DNA of 60,140 nt, filler included, from Hausera hauseri (taxonomy: Eukaryota), in the NCBI GenBank assembly GCA_046269625.1. It is 10 parts of 10 records of this genome, joined end to end, with 100 filler letters (N's around TTAATTAATTAA, not from the genome) between each part and the next. Parts side by side here need not be neighbours in the genome. Positions count along the whole stretch, not along the records: positions 9,486 to 15,208 come from JBJURY010199081.1; positions 15,309 to 19,525 come from JBJURY010694660.1; positions 19,626 to 28,803 come from JBJURY010442134.1; 7 more parts are not named here. The stretch is one strand, 5' to 3'. Positions 12,801-25,065 of the stretch are shown here, one piece after another. Below the pieces are notes generated by a model. That model searched no databases and had not been told where the DNA came from. It saw only the letters and a program-made list of their open reading frames with translations. Position 1 is the stretch's first letter. Each line of letters begins with the position of its first letter. The position numbers and the translations under genes were made by a program.

Positions 12801-14282
12801 GTACTTATCATCTGATGTGTTCCAAGCGTTTCGAGCAAAAGCGTTGGCTGAAGATAGGCTGGAACCACTCAACTTTTACTCCATACCGGGAATGAGTTGG
12901 ACGTCAGCTCTAATGTTACTGGATCGAGACATTGAGCTGCTAAAAGACCCAAAAATATACCGGCTATTTGATGGTGGTATTCGCGGCGGCATGACATTTG
13001 CCAACAAGCATCAAGTCAGTGCTACCGATACCACATCACTGATGTATATTGATATTAATAACCTGTACTGCTGGACGCTTTCGCAACCCTTGCCGTACGG
13101 TTCATTCGAATGGGTTGTCGACAGACAAGATCTAGACGACATAATGGTCAACCTACCACGAGCGGATATGGCAGGCTCAGTCGGATACCTGATGGAGGTC
13201 GATCTCGTAATACCAGATGAGCTGTATGACGTTTTGGACGATTTACCGGTCGCACCATTTAACCAATGTTCGACAGGCTCAAAAGTGAAGAAATTAATCA
13301 TGAACCGAAGCTGAATTACGTAGTCCATTGGCGTCTTCTACAGTTCTACATGCAGCCCTGTGTTCGCGTCACACAGCTGCATCGTGCAATCCGAATTGCT
13401 CAGGCTCCCATATTCAAGTCGTACATAGATGGAAATTCTGTGAAACGAGCCGCAGCTTGTACAAAGTTCGAAAAGGACTACTACAAGCTGAAAAACAATT
13501 ATCTGTACGGAAAAGAAATGGAGAATCTGAAAAAGTGGCTCAATGTACACCTATGCAATAGCGAAAAGCGGTTGGTCACATACACGAGCAAGGCACAGTT
13601 CAGGCGGTCAATGCACATTGCCGATGGATGGGTTGCGGTGCTGTTCAACAGAGAAGAAGTCGTTCTGGACAGGCCAAGTTACAAAGGACAAGTGGTATTG
13701 GACCTGAGAAAGTTGCGGATGTATGAGCTGAAGTATCGCAATTTGGCATGTTACCGGCAAATATTCGGCGATGGCGGTGGCAGGATCAATACAATTGCCG
13801 GTGACACAGTTAGTTTTTTCTTGGAACTGGAAAACGTCAATCGGGACCAGCTGCTCCGACAAATGATGGCAGACGGATTACTGGACACGTCCAATTACCC
13901 ATAGAATCATCCACTGTACAGAAATGCCATCACAAACAAAATCGGCTGCTTCATGGATGAAAGTGAAGGTCGTGTTCAGTATCGGGAATGGGTATTTCTA
14001 CGGCCAAAATGTTATAGTCTTTTAACTGACTGTAGACCGAAAATGCGCGCCAAAGGAGTTCAGTTGGCCCAGACGGAAATAAATCACGGTAATTGTCGCC
14101 GTGTCTATAAAGAAGAAGGAGGACAATCAAGAACTGTTGTGTCTCAAACGATCATCCGATCGATTGAACACCAGCTGTATACGGTGACCAATACAAAAGT
14201 CGCTTTATCATGAAATGATGATAAGCCTAAGTGGATGTGGCAGAATAAGAGTTGAGCGTACTGGCATTGGAGTTTGGAATAA
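9825..14282 (+). pseudogene. polB: Polinton/Maverick-type (adintovirus-like) family B DNA polymerase, degenerate, interrupted by a NUP35 insertion
   Basis: YADIEA (ExoI), DHDHFIG..AAC..YNL (endonuclease VII-like), FHNFRGYD (ExoII), KGIFPYD, GIRGG, YIDINNLY (motif A), KLKNNYLYGK (motif B), GDTVS (degenerate DTDS), LRPKCYS, RAKGV. Confidence 0.92.
10853..11662 (+). pseudogene. NUP35: Nucleoporin Nup35/Nup53, intronless, 3'-truncated
   Basis: ATG at 10853 is in frame with ORF 11132 through two TAA stops. N-terminal PNFLL and GPPIAS motifs; RRM-like WVTVFGY...(frameshift)GNWMHLQF...NGRILNGKLMIGVKPC matches the Nup35 RRM. Confidence 0.88.
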
Positions 14283-14538
14283 AACACACATGAATTGGGT
14301 TTTGATGATTTAAACAAATAAATTACTGTGACAGTTCATTGTGATATGTTTATTTTGTATAAAGAATGTATTTTTCGTTGTTTTTGCCTTTTGTTTTATT
14401 ATCATTTAATTTATCCATATACAATTATATATTTAATTTAATGTGAAGAGAAACAATATAAAAAATCAATAAAATTTATTAATCATAAGCTAAAATCAAA
14501 AACAAAGTAAGTCAAATCAGCGTAAACTTTCCCAGCTT

Positions 14539-14982
14539 TCATATTGGTGATTTAACGCCGTGCATGTTCTTGTATCCTTTCAACATCAATGGTAGATGGC
14601 CTTTAGGTCCTTCCGGTGGTAAAACTGCTTTTGCCACTGCTGCTGCTGCTGTTTCGCCACCACGTAAAATGATAATTTTCGTCATATTTACTTTGAGAAA
14701 AATCGACGATGTATCTCGGATATCGTTACTCAACACCAAATCACTGTCAACTTTTCTAATTGTGTCTTCCATTGTATCCAAATCATCATCGCTGATCTTT
14801 TTCACCAGCAGACCATATTTCACCCGTTTAATTTTGACCGTTTGCGTCAATGGCAATTGAATAAAGTTGCGCAGATAATGTAAGTTGTATCCATTATACA
14901 ACCGGGAATTTCTGAGCGAATATTTGCTGTACCGTGGGTTTATTGATACACTGTCACCTGCTGAATTGTTTTCCAAAGACAT
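14539..14982 (-). CDS. Hypothetical 147-aa protein convergent with polB, probably an element accessory gene
   Basis: ATG ORF with TATAAAT ~40 nt upstream on the minus strand; AT-rich gap with AATAAA signals on both strands between it and polB. Confidence 0.5.
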   Translation of the reverse strand: MSLENNSAGDSVSINPRYSKYSLRNSRLYNGYNLHYLRNFIQLPLTQTVKIKRVKYGLLVKKISDDDLDTMEDTIRKVDSDLVLSNDIRDTSSIFLKVNMTKIIILRGGETAAAAVAKAVLPPEGPKGHLPLMLKGYKNMHGVKSPI

Positions 14983-15699
14983 TTTTAAATAAGACCAACG
15001 TAAAATGAAATTGCATCCATATTTATATCAAATTTGTTCATACCGGTTTGTTTTTATTGTAAACAATAGACATTTATTTTGTGAGCATTGTCTCATATTA
15101 CAATGAAACACATTGTCTCATCACAATGATGCATACTATTTAAAATTACCTCTACTTCATTGAAGCCAATGACACGGTTTTGTTTTGTTATTAAAGTCAT
15201 TCGTAATANNNNNNNNNNNNNNNNNNNNNNNNNNNNNNNNNNNNNNNNNNNNTTAATTAATTAANNNNNNNNNNNNNNNNNNNNNNNNNNNNNNNNNNNN
15301 NNNNNNNNGAAACAAATAATTCAAAATGAGTTAAAATAACCAGTGGTGGGGGTGGGGGGTTATATAGTCTTGGTAGTAGACAATGAACAGACACTACGTT
15401 ACGACTGCGAGGTCTTAATTAGGCACATGAAAGCTGTTGACAAGGGTGCGGAAGTCATTACGATAGACCTAAACACACGTGAGTTCGCTGACAAAAGGAA
15501 GGGAGAAGGTAGTTTAGCCAATCAGGAATTAAAACCAGGGTGCTAGATGAGGGGGTGGATAAGGGGAATGATATGCTAACGATAGATGGAGAAAGAAAAG
15601 CAGCTCATGGGGAGTGGAGGGCTAGGGGTGGTGAAACGTCTTATAGAAATGAAAGGTTAGAGTTCAGATCCGGAGGGAAGATGGTATTGTATCGATAGA

Positions 15700-16492
15700 T
15701 AAGTTGGTTTTCGGTACCTCTACGGGACCGAGTATCAGTGGAGCAGGGACGGATCGCCGTAATGAGGATATCATAGACTCCAGTGTTTAGGGCCATTTAA
15801 GTGGTCCGTGTTGGATCGTTGCTGGTAGATGTTCAACCAATGTTCCCTGAAGTGCAATTTTAAAGCCCTACTAGCCTCGCCTATATAACGCATGGAGCAG
15901 GATCGGCAAATGAACGTGTATACCACATTAGACAAGTGAAATTGTGGCGAATGGTGAGAGTCCCATTGGAAAAATACATCGAGTCCGTCTAGAGGACATA
16001 GAGACAGGTATGGCATTGGGGTTCCCCACACGGTGACATGCCCGGAGGAACGTCACTGGCAGTATGGAGATGGCTGTGGACGAGTGTGTCTCACAGGTTA
16101 CGGTCAAGTCGAAAGGCAATGAGAGGCATGTCCCGAAAGGTTTCCCGGGTGTCGGGATCAGAGAGGAGGAGGAAGAGATGACAGAAGAGAATCCATTTGA
16201 CAGAGGCACTGTAGGTGTGGAAAATAAGAAGTTTGACCCTGGTGGAGGAGTTGACGGACCTGGAATGTGGGGGTTGTAGCTCTAGAGATCCGGCGAACAC
16301 GTTGGAGGGCAGATGTCAGAACTTTTTCCGGATATAGTCTTCTACGGAAGAAGTCTAACATGTCCTGAGCATGCTTGATGAAATCCCCATCATCCAGGCA
16401 TAGTAGCTGATGGCAGGGAAGAGAGTTAACACTGCGGCGGGGATGGGACGAGTTGTAGAGGAGGTAAATGTGAGCGTCAGTCAGTTTGTAGA
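15700..16492 (-). mobile_element. Penelope-like element 3' part (RT thumb, Cys linker, GIY-YIG endonuclease), degenerate
   Basis: YKLTDAHIYLLYNSSHP...SLP..QLL...FFRRRLYP (PLE RT C-terminus); CHR...CHTC linker (Neptune-like); NVVYTFICRSCSMRYIGEASRALKLHFREH (GIY-YIG). Confidence 0.88.
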
Positions 16493-16649
16493 AGCTAGAA
16501 GTGGTCAGTCGATCAGTTCTCTCGTTGTCCCCAATGCGGGCATGGCCTGGTACGAATATGAAGGTGACCCTGCAGACTGTAGACCTCTGCAAGGATTCAA
16601 GCCAATGCCTACGTGCCCAGCCAGACTTTACCTTCCGAAGCATGTTCAT
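16493..16649 (-). mobile_element. RNase H fragment of a non-LTR retrotransposon
   Basis: VTFIFVPGHARIGDNERTDRL matches the WVPGH.G..GNERAD.LA motif. Confidence 0.7.
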
Positions 16650-17297
16650 TGAGTCAAAGAAACGTTACTATCTTTGTTTCTCTTTCAGCGGTTCTGACAG
16701 ACGAGAGACAGGATTTCACTTGTATTTCTACCTGTCATATGTGAATGCGTTTACAGTAATTGTACCTACGTAGTCCATATCATTTTATCACGGCTAGTGA
16801 ATAGCACAGAGCATCTAAGCGTGGCAGACGAAGTAGACTTTACTGTGACGGCATTGTGGGGAAGTATGAGGCAATTCAGAGTTGTTCTTAGAAAGAGCAG
16901 TTAACAAACTCTGGAATGTAATCAAGCATAAGGCCATGAACAAATAGAACAGTATTTCGCAAGTGGAAACACGTAAACGGCGGCAACACCTGACTAAGCA
17001 ACGAAAGGCGTTTACGTGTTGGTTCTGTAGATAAACATGGTGTGGCTTCTCACCGCGCACGGCGGGATCTCTTCATATGTAAGAGAGGATGCCAGGTCAG
17101 GGGTCACGAATAAGTTTCAAACCCATTCCATCTATAGAATATACTGAGAGCGTCTGTCTTTACTCCGCATTTCTTCGCTTTAGAAGTGCCTTCATGTGAC
17201 TTGACTCTTTGGTGTGTATACTTCCACTTGGAATATCATTTTTGTTGACTACATATACACGTTTATACATATACAATATACACAGAACTGATATTAC

Positions 17298-17453
17298 CTT
17301 TTGTTGTTCCTGGTGTCGTCGTAGTTGTTGTAGTTGTTGGTGTCGTAGATGTTGTCGTTGTTGTCGTAGTTGTTGTTGATGTGGTTGTTCTAGTTGTGGT
17401 AGGTCTAGCTGTGGTTGTTCTTGTGGTTCTTGGCGGTCGTGTTGGTTTAGGAG
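17298..17453 (-). CDS. Internal exon encoding a Thr-rich mucin-like stalk
   Basis: Polypyrimidine tract and CTGCAG acceptor, 156-nt (52-codon) symmetric exon PKPTRPPRTTRTTTARP(T)n...PGTTK, GTAATA donor. Confidence 0.7.
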
Positions 17454-17832
17454 CTGCAGTTGCACAAGAGAAAAAAAAGAAATATAAAAATTGACAAAAT
17501 AGTGTGTGATACAATCTTAAGGAAATCAAGTTTATACCGACAGGAAAACAAGTTGCATACAATTAAGTTAATGAAACAGTTATGGCACTCTTCGGTGGCT
17601 GCTGGACATTCTGCACATGAAGGGGTAATGCCATGATGTGGTAATGACATGATAGGATGGTACTGCCATGATCTGATGGTACTATTTCCAGGAGCATATC
17701 TGTGTATACTGACCATTTCACTGTGGATTGCTGTGGTGGAAACATGATTTCTCGCATCCGCCTAGTCTGAAATACTTTCTTCTCCTTATCGCTCGCCTAG
17801 ACATCGAGATCAATTTCTGTCTTAGTCACTCC

Positions 17833-18860
17833 CTACAACCATAAAATTTTTCTTGTAATGTGGGATTGGACATATTCTCTGCTTGCTACCTCATATAGTT
17901 GACATTTCTCGAGAGGGTGCTGCACTATGCATTGTCCAGCTCCACCTGGGCACATATCTTTATGGCCAACTTTCATTTTGTGAAATAGTTGTTCTATCAG
18001 ACTTCGATGCCCAGTTCTCAGTCGGAATCTAACTACTTTGTCTTTTCTGTTAAGTTCATGGATTGCATAATTCCTGTTGGCTGTTGTTTTGTCCACGTCC
18101 CTTTCTATCTGTTTTATTGTTTCTTTTATATCTTTATAAGTAGTGATGTTATCTGGTCGTTGAACATTTCCTCCCTCTTTCGCCAGTTTGCCAGCTTCCT
18201 CAGTGTCCGATATATAGCAGTGTGCGGGAAACCACTGGATGGCTATTTTATTGAAATCTGTATTGATCTATAGTAAGACTTCTGTTAAGTTGTTTATGTC
18301 TTGGTTTTTTTCGATTCTTGAGGGCGTGTACTGATAGTGAGTATGTCAGAAAGATGATATGTGACTCTATATTTTTTTTAAATTCTCGGATACTACCTTT
18401 GCAGCTGTTTTTTTTACTGCCTCTTCTCTGAAATTGTTAGAGAATGTTCCAGTTGTTATTACTTTTGAAATGCAGTTTCAATTTTTTTTAATTTTAAGCA
18501 GTTCCTATCACCTCCGTTTTTCGCAGCGTTGTAGGCAGATCCGTCATGTGTTCATTTTCTTTTTAGGTTCATCATGTTGAGGTAAACCATCGTTATTGAT
18601 TTTTTCTTTTCCTGAGTTTGAGTTCCGTTGACTTATATACCCGGGATGCTGTCATATATATTTGGACGTTTACCTGTTTTTCATGGTGACAGTGTGTTGA
18701 AAAGTGGCACTGGTGTACGTTCTGTGCTTCTGAGCCTTTCGTCAGCTTTGTTAGTTCCTTTGCTCCTTATGTGAAGTTTGTACGTTTTAGTCTTCCTTTG
18801 CCCTCTCCTTTTATTCGATCGTACATTGGACGGTGGTGTGGTCATCTAAATGTTTCAGTC
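17833..18860 (-). mobile_element. RNase H-containing LINE (I/Ingi/Nimb-like) 3' remnant
   Basis: DGSA, QWFPAHC....EEAGKLAK (RNase H), FRLRTGH...CP......VQHPLEKC (C-terminal CCHC-type motif). Confidence 0.78.
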
Positions 18861-18879
18861 TGTTTTGTAGTCTTGCCTG

Positions 18880-19135
18880 CCTACTACAATTACTACTACA
18901 AGTAGACCTCCTACAGTTTTTACAACTACAATTACTGCTACTTTAATGACCACTACAACTACTATTATTACAACAATTATTATTACTACTGCATACTACT
19001 ACATTTACTACTGCAGTTAGCATTACCATTACTACCATTATTACTACTACTACAAATACTGCTACGTCGGCAATTATTACTACAACTTCCATTACTACTA
19101 CAACTACTACTATATTACAATTACTAAAACTAATG
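18880..19135 (+). repeat. Degenerate (ACT/ATT/ACA)n microsatellite
   Basis: Runs of ACTACT/ATTACT. Confidence 0.9.
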
Positions 19136-20229
19136 TTCAAAACTAACGTTCGAAACATGGCGCCATGCAAGCCAGTAAAAAATTTTCGGTAGGAATAAAT
19201 GCACGTTTTTGCACTATATAAACACTACGTTCGTGCTGGTTTTGCACCTAGGAAGTCCAGTTGTTGTTCAGCTACTGCGTTGAGTGGTTGGGACGACTCT
19301 GTGGCTGCGATTCTTACTTGAGATACATTGGATGCGCCTGTGGCTTGGACTGTATTGTGCTGCCAACGTGACTAATGTTTCTTTAATGTTTCTGTGTTAG
19401 GTGGGTGCTATAGCTGCTGACATAGTATGCGGTGGCGACACTACGTCGTTGCATTCATGGATACGTCATTCAAAAGTTGGTTTTACTGATTGTTTTACCG
19501 ATGGTACAGTCTTCCAGAGAACGTANNNNNNNNNNNNNNNNNNNNNNNNNNNNNNNNNNNNNNNNNNNNTTAATTAATTAANNNNNNNNNNNNNNNNNNN
19601 NNNNNNNNNNNNNNNNNNNNNNNNNGCGCGTAAGCCAACCAGGATTGCTGATCTTATCTCCAACTGTGTTGACATTTCAAAAGTTTTTTGTATTTTCTCA
19701 ATAGCAGATAAACAACAACTTAATAGGTTTCCAAAACGTCTGGTAAGCGAATTTCTAAAAGTAAACACTACGTTGTGGTTATACTTTAAAGTCAATCCGA
19801 AAATAGCGCACGCACTCTGTATTTTCTAAAAGTTCTACAACTTTTGCATTCTGTATTCGTCTGACATTTCAGAAGCAGTAAAATACAAAAAATCCGTTAT
19901 TATACACTAATTTATTAAGTGGCCGTCGACCAAATTATCTTTAAAAATATAATCATCCGTAACAAAGTAGCACAAATTTGCGGTGTGGAGCGGCCGTTGG
20001 AAGTTCCGGGGGAGGAGCTAAATTTATTATGTGATGTTGTAAATAGCCAATTGTTTTAAAAACACGATAACTAAATGAAATTAATAAAAACTTTTTTGAA
20101 CGTTAGTTGGTTATTATACAGACCTGAAATAAATTCTGTTTTTACGTTTTTTTACTTGAAAGGATAACATGGATTATGATATACTGTTGGAAATAAATTA
20201 TAAAAAGGAAATTCAAAAAAACAATAACA

Positions 20230-21657
20230 GGATTTTGTTGGTGCATAGGAATTTTGTGGATGGTTTTTCCATGCACCAACAAAAGGCGGTTAAATATTTC
20301 ATGTTTTTACGTTGACAATTATTCCTCAGGATCAGTACCCGATTTGTTCTTAGCTCAAATTAACCACAATTGGTGTCAAATTGTCCACAACAATTATTCG
20401 GTTGAAATAAACGGTCGGATTCGTCGGACTTCAGAAAGCAGAACCTCACTGTTGAATCCGGTTTTTTTCTTAGGGACGCCCTGCGGCCGTTTTCTGCACC
20501 GCGATTTGTTTACTAAACTTACATCGGAACACTATGTAATGAAAAGCTATACGCTTTCGTCATTTGTAAATCTTTCAATTCTAATGACGTTTATAAAGCG
20601 TTCTGAAATATATGAAGTCATTAATTCAAATGCGATTAGTGATATATTTAAAAGTGACCGAGTTTTACAGTCTTATTCTCACCCGGTTAGCGTAAATCGT
20701 CCAATCAAAGACAAATGGAATGTCGGATGTTTATATTCATCTAATCTTAAATCGAACTCTTTAAGCTACAACGTTTACCTAGGACATTTTTTCTGTTGTT
20801 GACGGTGATTACGGTTATACGCGTTCCCATATCGTAAATTTCCTTCATCTGAAATGTGTTATAGTTTCTATGATGAAAGACCATGGTACCCTTGGCAGTT
20901 TTTTGGATTATATTAAAAAAATGAAATTTTAACCCTAACTAAATCATTTGTACCAACTAACACTTGGGGCGCAATAACAGTGTCCGTTAGGGAAGCTGAC
21001 TTTAAAAATTGTCAAGTTCTCATTGATGAATTTATTCCCAAGAAAGTTTGTCTTAACAATATAAAAGACACATGTATTCACAGTCTTTCACGACTCGATC
21101 ACCATACTACTAAATCCACATTACTTAAAACCAACGTCATAACTCTCCCGTCGCTAAGACCAGCAACAAGCTGTTGTTTCGGAACATTCGTGTATGGTCC
21201 CAAAAAATACAATAACATATACATTGCTTAGGTCGGTAATTGTGGTGCAGTGTTAACATCATTCGATTCTGTAGATTGGTTTTCAGAACTGTTAGTTCAA
21301 TCACATAACTATAACCATCCTTCAGAAATTGAAAGACTTGAAAGGGGCTATCCCTTTCCTAATCTTGCTAATTTCAATACGCCGCCTGCTGAGTTGTCAC
21401 TACCAGATTGGGTTACAAAAAAGTCAATTGTTTTACTGTTTCTTAACCGCTATAATAAGAAAAAGAGTGTCGAATCGGACTTCTATATTTCGAATAAAGA
21501 ATTGGAAGTAAGCAGCGAATTAGTAGTTATTTATCTCGTTAATTTCGGTGTTTATAATGATTTGTCGTTGGAATATAAATCATTCTACGAAGACGTAAAA
21601 CAGATTATTAATAATCTAAATATAACCGACCGAGTTTTTCTACTCATATCAAGTTGA
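20230..21657 (+). pseudogene. Degenerate long ORF of unknown family
   Basis: ORFs 20254, 20980 and 21250 share one frame, separated by only a few stops; includes an Asp-box-like VYG...YIA*VGNCGAVLTSFDSVDW. Confidence 0.45.
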
Positions 21658-22002
21658 AATGACTTTTAAAGCCAATCTACTCTGCTAACCATCAAGTCCA
21701 ATGGATACGATTAAACATGATAGTTCGTCTTTGATCATCCAACTATTTGATACAGTAGACAGTTCATCATACGTAACGTTTGTAATTAACAACTATTTCC
21801 ATCATAAGCAAAAAATACCTTATCTCTACATGATAGCTCACGACGAACAGTCTGCTCGAACATACGATACAAAAATACGGAGAAATCGTTGAACGATGGT
21901 ATTTTGTTTGTTTTTTAAGCACTGCAGCAATCCACGAACAAATACGTTGTTCCTGTTTGGTTATCGGACTACAAATTTCAACTGCCATTAGACCGAACTA
22001 AA

Positions 22003-23160
22003 TTGGGTGCACCTAACACACCAAACTACTTCATGGACTACGACTGTAAGAACAGATATGACGGTATTAGATCACCTACAAAGGATATGAACGCAGGCAA
22101 AGACAGGAACAAATCGCATTGCAAAGAAAGATACGATAACGTGAGATCTAATTTCCGCAGGAGAACGGGAGATTATGACCATATCTGGTGTCTTGAGGGT
22201 AACTGTTATAGTCATTGCGACGACCTTTGTTATAACAACATTTATACGGCTACCGTATGTACATACAATTTGCAAATATCCGATTCCACTTTGTCAATGA
22301 AGTTATACTGGTATTCATCAATCTACTTTAGCCCATCACTAGAGTATGCCGTGCTTCTGCACATTGAGCATGACACATGCGAACAATACGCGCAACAACC
22401 TTGTGGATCACGTAATTCTGATAATGCTATGTGGCCATTTTTTATTTTCTGTGCACGAAAAGTCAATAACAAAACCACAGAACTAACATTCGAATTTACA
22501 AGTCTTCACAGTGATAAACTATATTTTACATACATAACACAATTAATTGACAAGAGGCAGATTGCAGATGTAAAGGACCTGTCGACAAAGATCAAATCAG
22601 CTGTGCCTAATGTTCCTTTATACCTGAACTTGCTCAACACAGGAATTCTGCACTCGATTTTCCAATTGGATGCGTTTGTAGAATCAGAACAATTTGTATG
22701 TCCAATATTCTGTACCATCGTCTTGACTGATAATATGAATAGACCTAATATACTGTATAATGTTAAAGTTGTACCAGCATCGGATCTGAGAACTCAGAAC
22801 AGCTTAACTTCAGGCAATACATCCAAAACATATTACTCCTACACAGACAGCGTACCAAAAAGCCAATATAAACCAATAAGAATTTCATCTTGTACGATTA
22901 TTCCTCGAATTCAAGGTCAAATGCTCATTTTGTCATACATCGACAATATTAGTTTCCATCTTAATTTGCTTTACTATCTGAATATACCTGTGAAGTATAC
23001 CAGTACCCCCACCACACCCATGTGCATGTCAACATCTTTGAAACGGAATCAGTCGTTTGAAGACTTTATATTTAAATACCAATTTTATAATACGATAATG
23101 CTATTCGAAGTAGAAATGCGTAGCGAATTTCTCGTCATATATGAAACTTCGATTACCTAA
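22003..23160 (+). CDS. Hypothetical 385-aa protein, Cys-rich N-terminal part
   Basis: Long open frame in AT-rich DNA; no family recognised. Confidence 0.45.
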   Translation: MGAPNTPNYFMDYDCKNRYDGIRSPTKDMNAGKDRNKSHCKERYDNVRSNFRRRTGDYDHIWCLEGNCYSHCDDLCYNNIYTATVCTYNLQISDSTLSMKLYWYSSIYFSPSLEYAVLLHIEHDTCEQYAQQPCGSRNSDNAMWPFFIFCARKVNNKTTELTFEFTSLHSDKLYFTYITQLIDKRQIADVKDLSTKIKSAVPNVPLYLNLLNTGILHSIFQLDAFVESEQFVCPIFCTIVLTDNMNRPNILYNVKVVPASDLRTQNSLTSGNTSKTYYSYTDSVPKSQYKPIRISSCTIIPRIQGQMLILSYIDNISFHLNLLYYLNIPVKYTSTPTTPMCMSTSLKRNQSFEDFIFKYQFYNTIMLFEVEMRSEFLVIYETSIT

Positions 23161-23959
23161 CAAGTCCACAGTTATCATAAAACATTTACTACATTACGTC
23201 AAGCGAATGTTCATGCGGCAAACAATTGTAAATATGTACTGGCGCACTTCTCTTACCTACACGAAACACGACCGAGTGAGTTCGGACACAAAAGATTGGA
23301 ATACCTCACCGCTGCTGTTATTTAATTAACTAATGATGCTCATCTGTTTGATATATTTCCCGACCTGTCCGAGGGGCATCTCGACGCCTTTCGTGAAGCT
23401 TTTGTTTTGAAACATTACCTAGCTGATTGATCCATAAGATCGCGTTTCCATAGAATTTTACTTTACACGCATAATACTGTTTTCTCATGCAACACACTAT
23501 TCACCCATGCAAGTTCAAACGCCTACAAATGGTTCTGTGAAGCACACGTTATTGAACTGCAAGAAAAACGGAACTGTGTGGGTTTTACCACACCCGTGGC
23601 TGTACACATCGATAGAATTAAACCTTTTTTGACAATTGGGGCTGATCGAGCTAAAATTATATTCTCAATGACCCAACCAACAGCACAAACACACGAAATA
23701 ATACATGAAAATATACCACGTTACCCAGTTTGCTGTTTAGCAACATCATTTCCCATTTATCTTTTTGCTAATAACATATTGATATACTCAACAATTATAA
23801 CACATCTTGTAGATACATTACAATTATATGACCTCATTCATACAGCTACTGCCTACAATGACTTCTACTTAACTCACAATGGTTTCATTTTAACTGAACT
23901 TCAAAACATAATGGCATTACATAACTGTCTATCTATACATATCAATCCAAGAATTCGCG

Positions 23960-25065
23960 GCAGTATGAATTCTGCACCAACCAGTGACACAATGGATAAG
24001 GTGACCCCAAAAACCAAATCCATTTTTTATTACCTGAAATTAAGCAATCCACTTACTTCAACCGATTCAAATTCATCTAACAAAAATCACATCAGTAATT
24101 CATCACATTGCTCTGAATATTTTAGAAGCAATGAGAAGTTTAGCAAAAATTGGCTTCACTTCCACCAACTCTGGTTACAGTCCAACGGCATTACAGACTC
24201 ATTATCCAAAGCCCATAATTTACTTTACCTTCTACCAAATTCCATAAAGGCCTCTATCCACAACTTACTGGACATCTTTCAACACACTGACCCTTATACC
24301 CAATTGTTCGAAGCCGTGTTAAAACTGACAGAACCACAAATTGACTCTATAATTCAACGCTTCTTTAACAAAAACGCGATGGGAACACAAAAACCTAGCG
24401 ATTTCCTACACACCTCTTTGGCTCACTTACGTACTCTGGGCGTCACCAAGGAACATAACCCTGATCTACTTTGACGATATTTCCTTAACGCTTTACCAAT
24501 TCAGATCAGGACTTTGCTTACTGTTGTTGAAGATTCTACATCTTTAGATAAACTGGCCGAATTGGCCGATAAAGCACACAAAGTCTTACAAATCCAATCA
24601 CAACCCATAATATCAGCTGCTATTAGGACCGATGACAATCAACAACACACTTCTATTGAGCACCAACTGAATCAATTACGTGCCGAAAATGCCGCACTAC
24701 AACACAAAATCAACACCATCAACAATAAACTGAAAGAGATTTCATTGACTCGACGTGAGGGCTTCATACATGACCGGAACCGTTCAGTATCTCGTGTTCG
24801 TTCACCTTCACCTGGACGATCACTGATTTGCTGTTACCACGGTAGGCTTCACAGTAACGCACAAAAGTGTTACCTAGGGTGCAAATTTTATGATCAAAGA
24901 TACCATACGAACAACGTCATTTGCATATATCATGCAAAATTCAGACACAATGAACGCAAATGCATTCTAGGTTGCACGTTTAAAAACAAATCCCACAATG
25001 CAAATGACGAACGCACAACTTTCGTTTTTAACAGTCGGTCTGGTTCCCCGTTTTTAAAAAACTAA
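23960..25065 (+). pseudogene. gag: gag with two tandem CHCC zinc knuckles; one internal stop
   Basis: MGTQKPSDFL..FLNALP..LDKLAELADK, then CCYHGRLHSNAQKCYLGC and CIYHAKFRHNERKCILGC. Confidence 0.88.
25053..25065 (+). promoter_or_regulatory. Candidate -1 ribosomal frameshift site at the gag-pol junction
   Basis: T TTA AAA and A AAA AAC heptamers directly before the gag stop; the protease ORF lies in the -1 frame. Confidence 0.7.

Noticed and set aside
16968-17020. Hammerhead ribozyme near the Penelope element (12-bp stem enclosing CTGACTA...GAAA)
   Set aside because: Core is CUGACUA, not CUGAnGA, and stems I and II cannot be formed.
18943-19170. Val-rich membrane protein ORF
   Set aside because: Antisense translation of a trinucleotide microsatellite.
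23998-24012. tRNA-Trp primer-binding site (AGGTGACCCC, similar to TGGTGACCCC)
   Set aside because: Mismatched, within or at the gag-coding frame, and no LTR precedes it; cannot be supported.
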